Shown here: piece after piece, positions 63,845 through 64,000 of the stretch
Layout of the letters: every line of letters starts with the position of its first letter
Numbering within the stretch: the stretch's first letter is position 1
Assembly: GCF_016432865.1 (NCBI RefSeq)
Contig: NC_067399.1
Coordinates: forward strand, 485,894,001-485,958,000
Source of the DNA: Antechinus flavipes
Lineage: Eukaryota
Direction: 5' to 3'
Length of the DNA: 64,000 bases
The notes under the pieces: generated by a model
Database searches by the model: none
Seen by the model: only the letters and a program-made list of their open reading frames with translations
Told to the model about the DNA's origin: nothing
Position numbers and translations under genes: made by a program

Positions 63845-64000
63845 GGGTGGCTGTGTGGTACAGTGAATAGAACATTGGGCTTGATTCATCTTCCTAAGTT
63901 TGAATCTGATCTTAAACACTTAGTAACTGTGTGACCCCGGGCAAGTCACTTGTTTGCCTTAGTTTCCCCATCTGTAAAATGAGCTGAATAAGGAAATGGC
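63845..64000 (+). mobile_element. MAR1-type SINE, truncated by the window end
   Basis: gggtggctgtgtggtacagtgaatagaacattggg...gagctgaataaggaaatggc. Confidence 0.75.

Noticed and set aside
1-64000. CRISPR-like arrays or operon-type systems
   Set aside because: No regularly spaced repeat-spacer array; the window is mammalian intron and intergenic DNA.

Overview
Eukaryotic, repeat-rich marsupial genomic DNA, most likely a dasyurid such as the Tasmanian devil or a relative. The inference rests on WSINE1 and MAR1 SINEs, an OC1/OposCharlie MITE, BovB and L1 ORF2 tails typical of these species. The only protein-coding gene I can support is the 5' end of BRD7 on the minus strand: exon 1 CDS 15545-15593 and exon 2 13976-14184, which splice to MGKKHKKHKSDKHLYEEYVEKPLKLVLKVGGNEVTELSTGSSGHDSSLFDDKTDHEKHKDRKRKKRKKGEKQVPGEEKEKKRRRVK. 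A CpG-island promoter lies at about 15.4-16.3 kb. Bases 1-13975 are BRD7 intron 2 (exon 3 not found), and 16.3-64 kb is upstream intergenic DNA; in human this interval runs toward NKD1. Most of the window is L1, L2, CR1/L3, RTE/BovB, CORE-SINEs (many MIR/MAR1 copies not listed individually), hAT MITEs and one probable solo LTR, with two N gaps. Three structures are not explained by these features. (1) A chimeric 250-bp segment in BRD7 intron 2 (8570-8820) made of two inverted copies of distant intron pieces, one lying just after the exon-2 donor, giving nested potential RNA duplexes. (2) A diverged inverted duplicate of part of an orphan CpG island/enhancer-like element (51121-51231 vs 54447-54547). 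(3) Several CpG-retaining, motif-rich non-coding blocks. I found no CRISPR-like, prokaryotic or novel protein-coding system. Repeat boundaries were judged by eye and are approximate unless a TSD is given.
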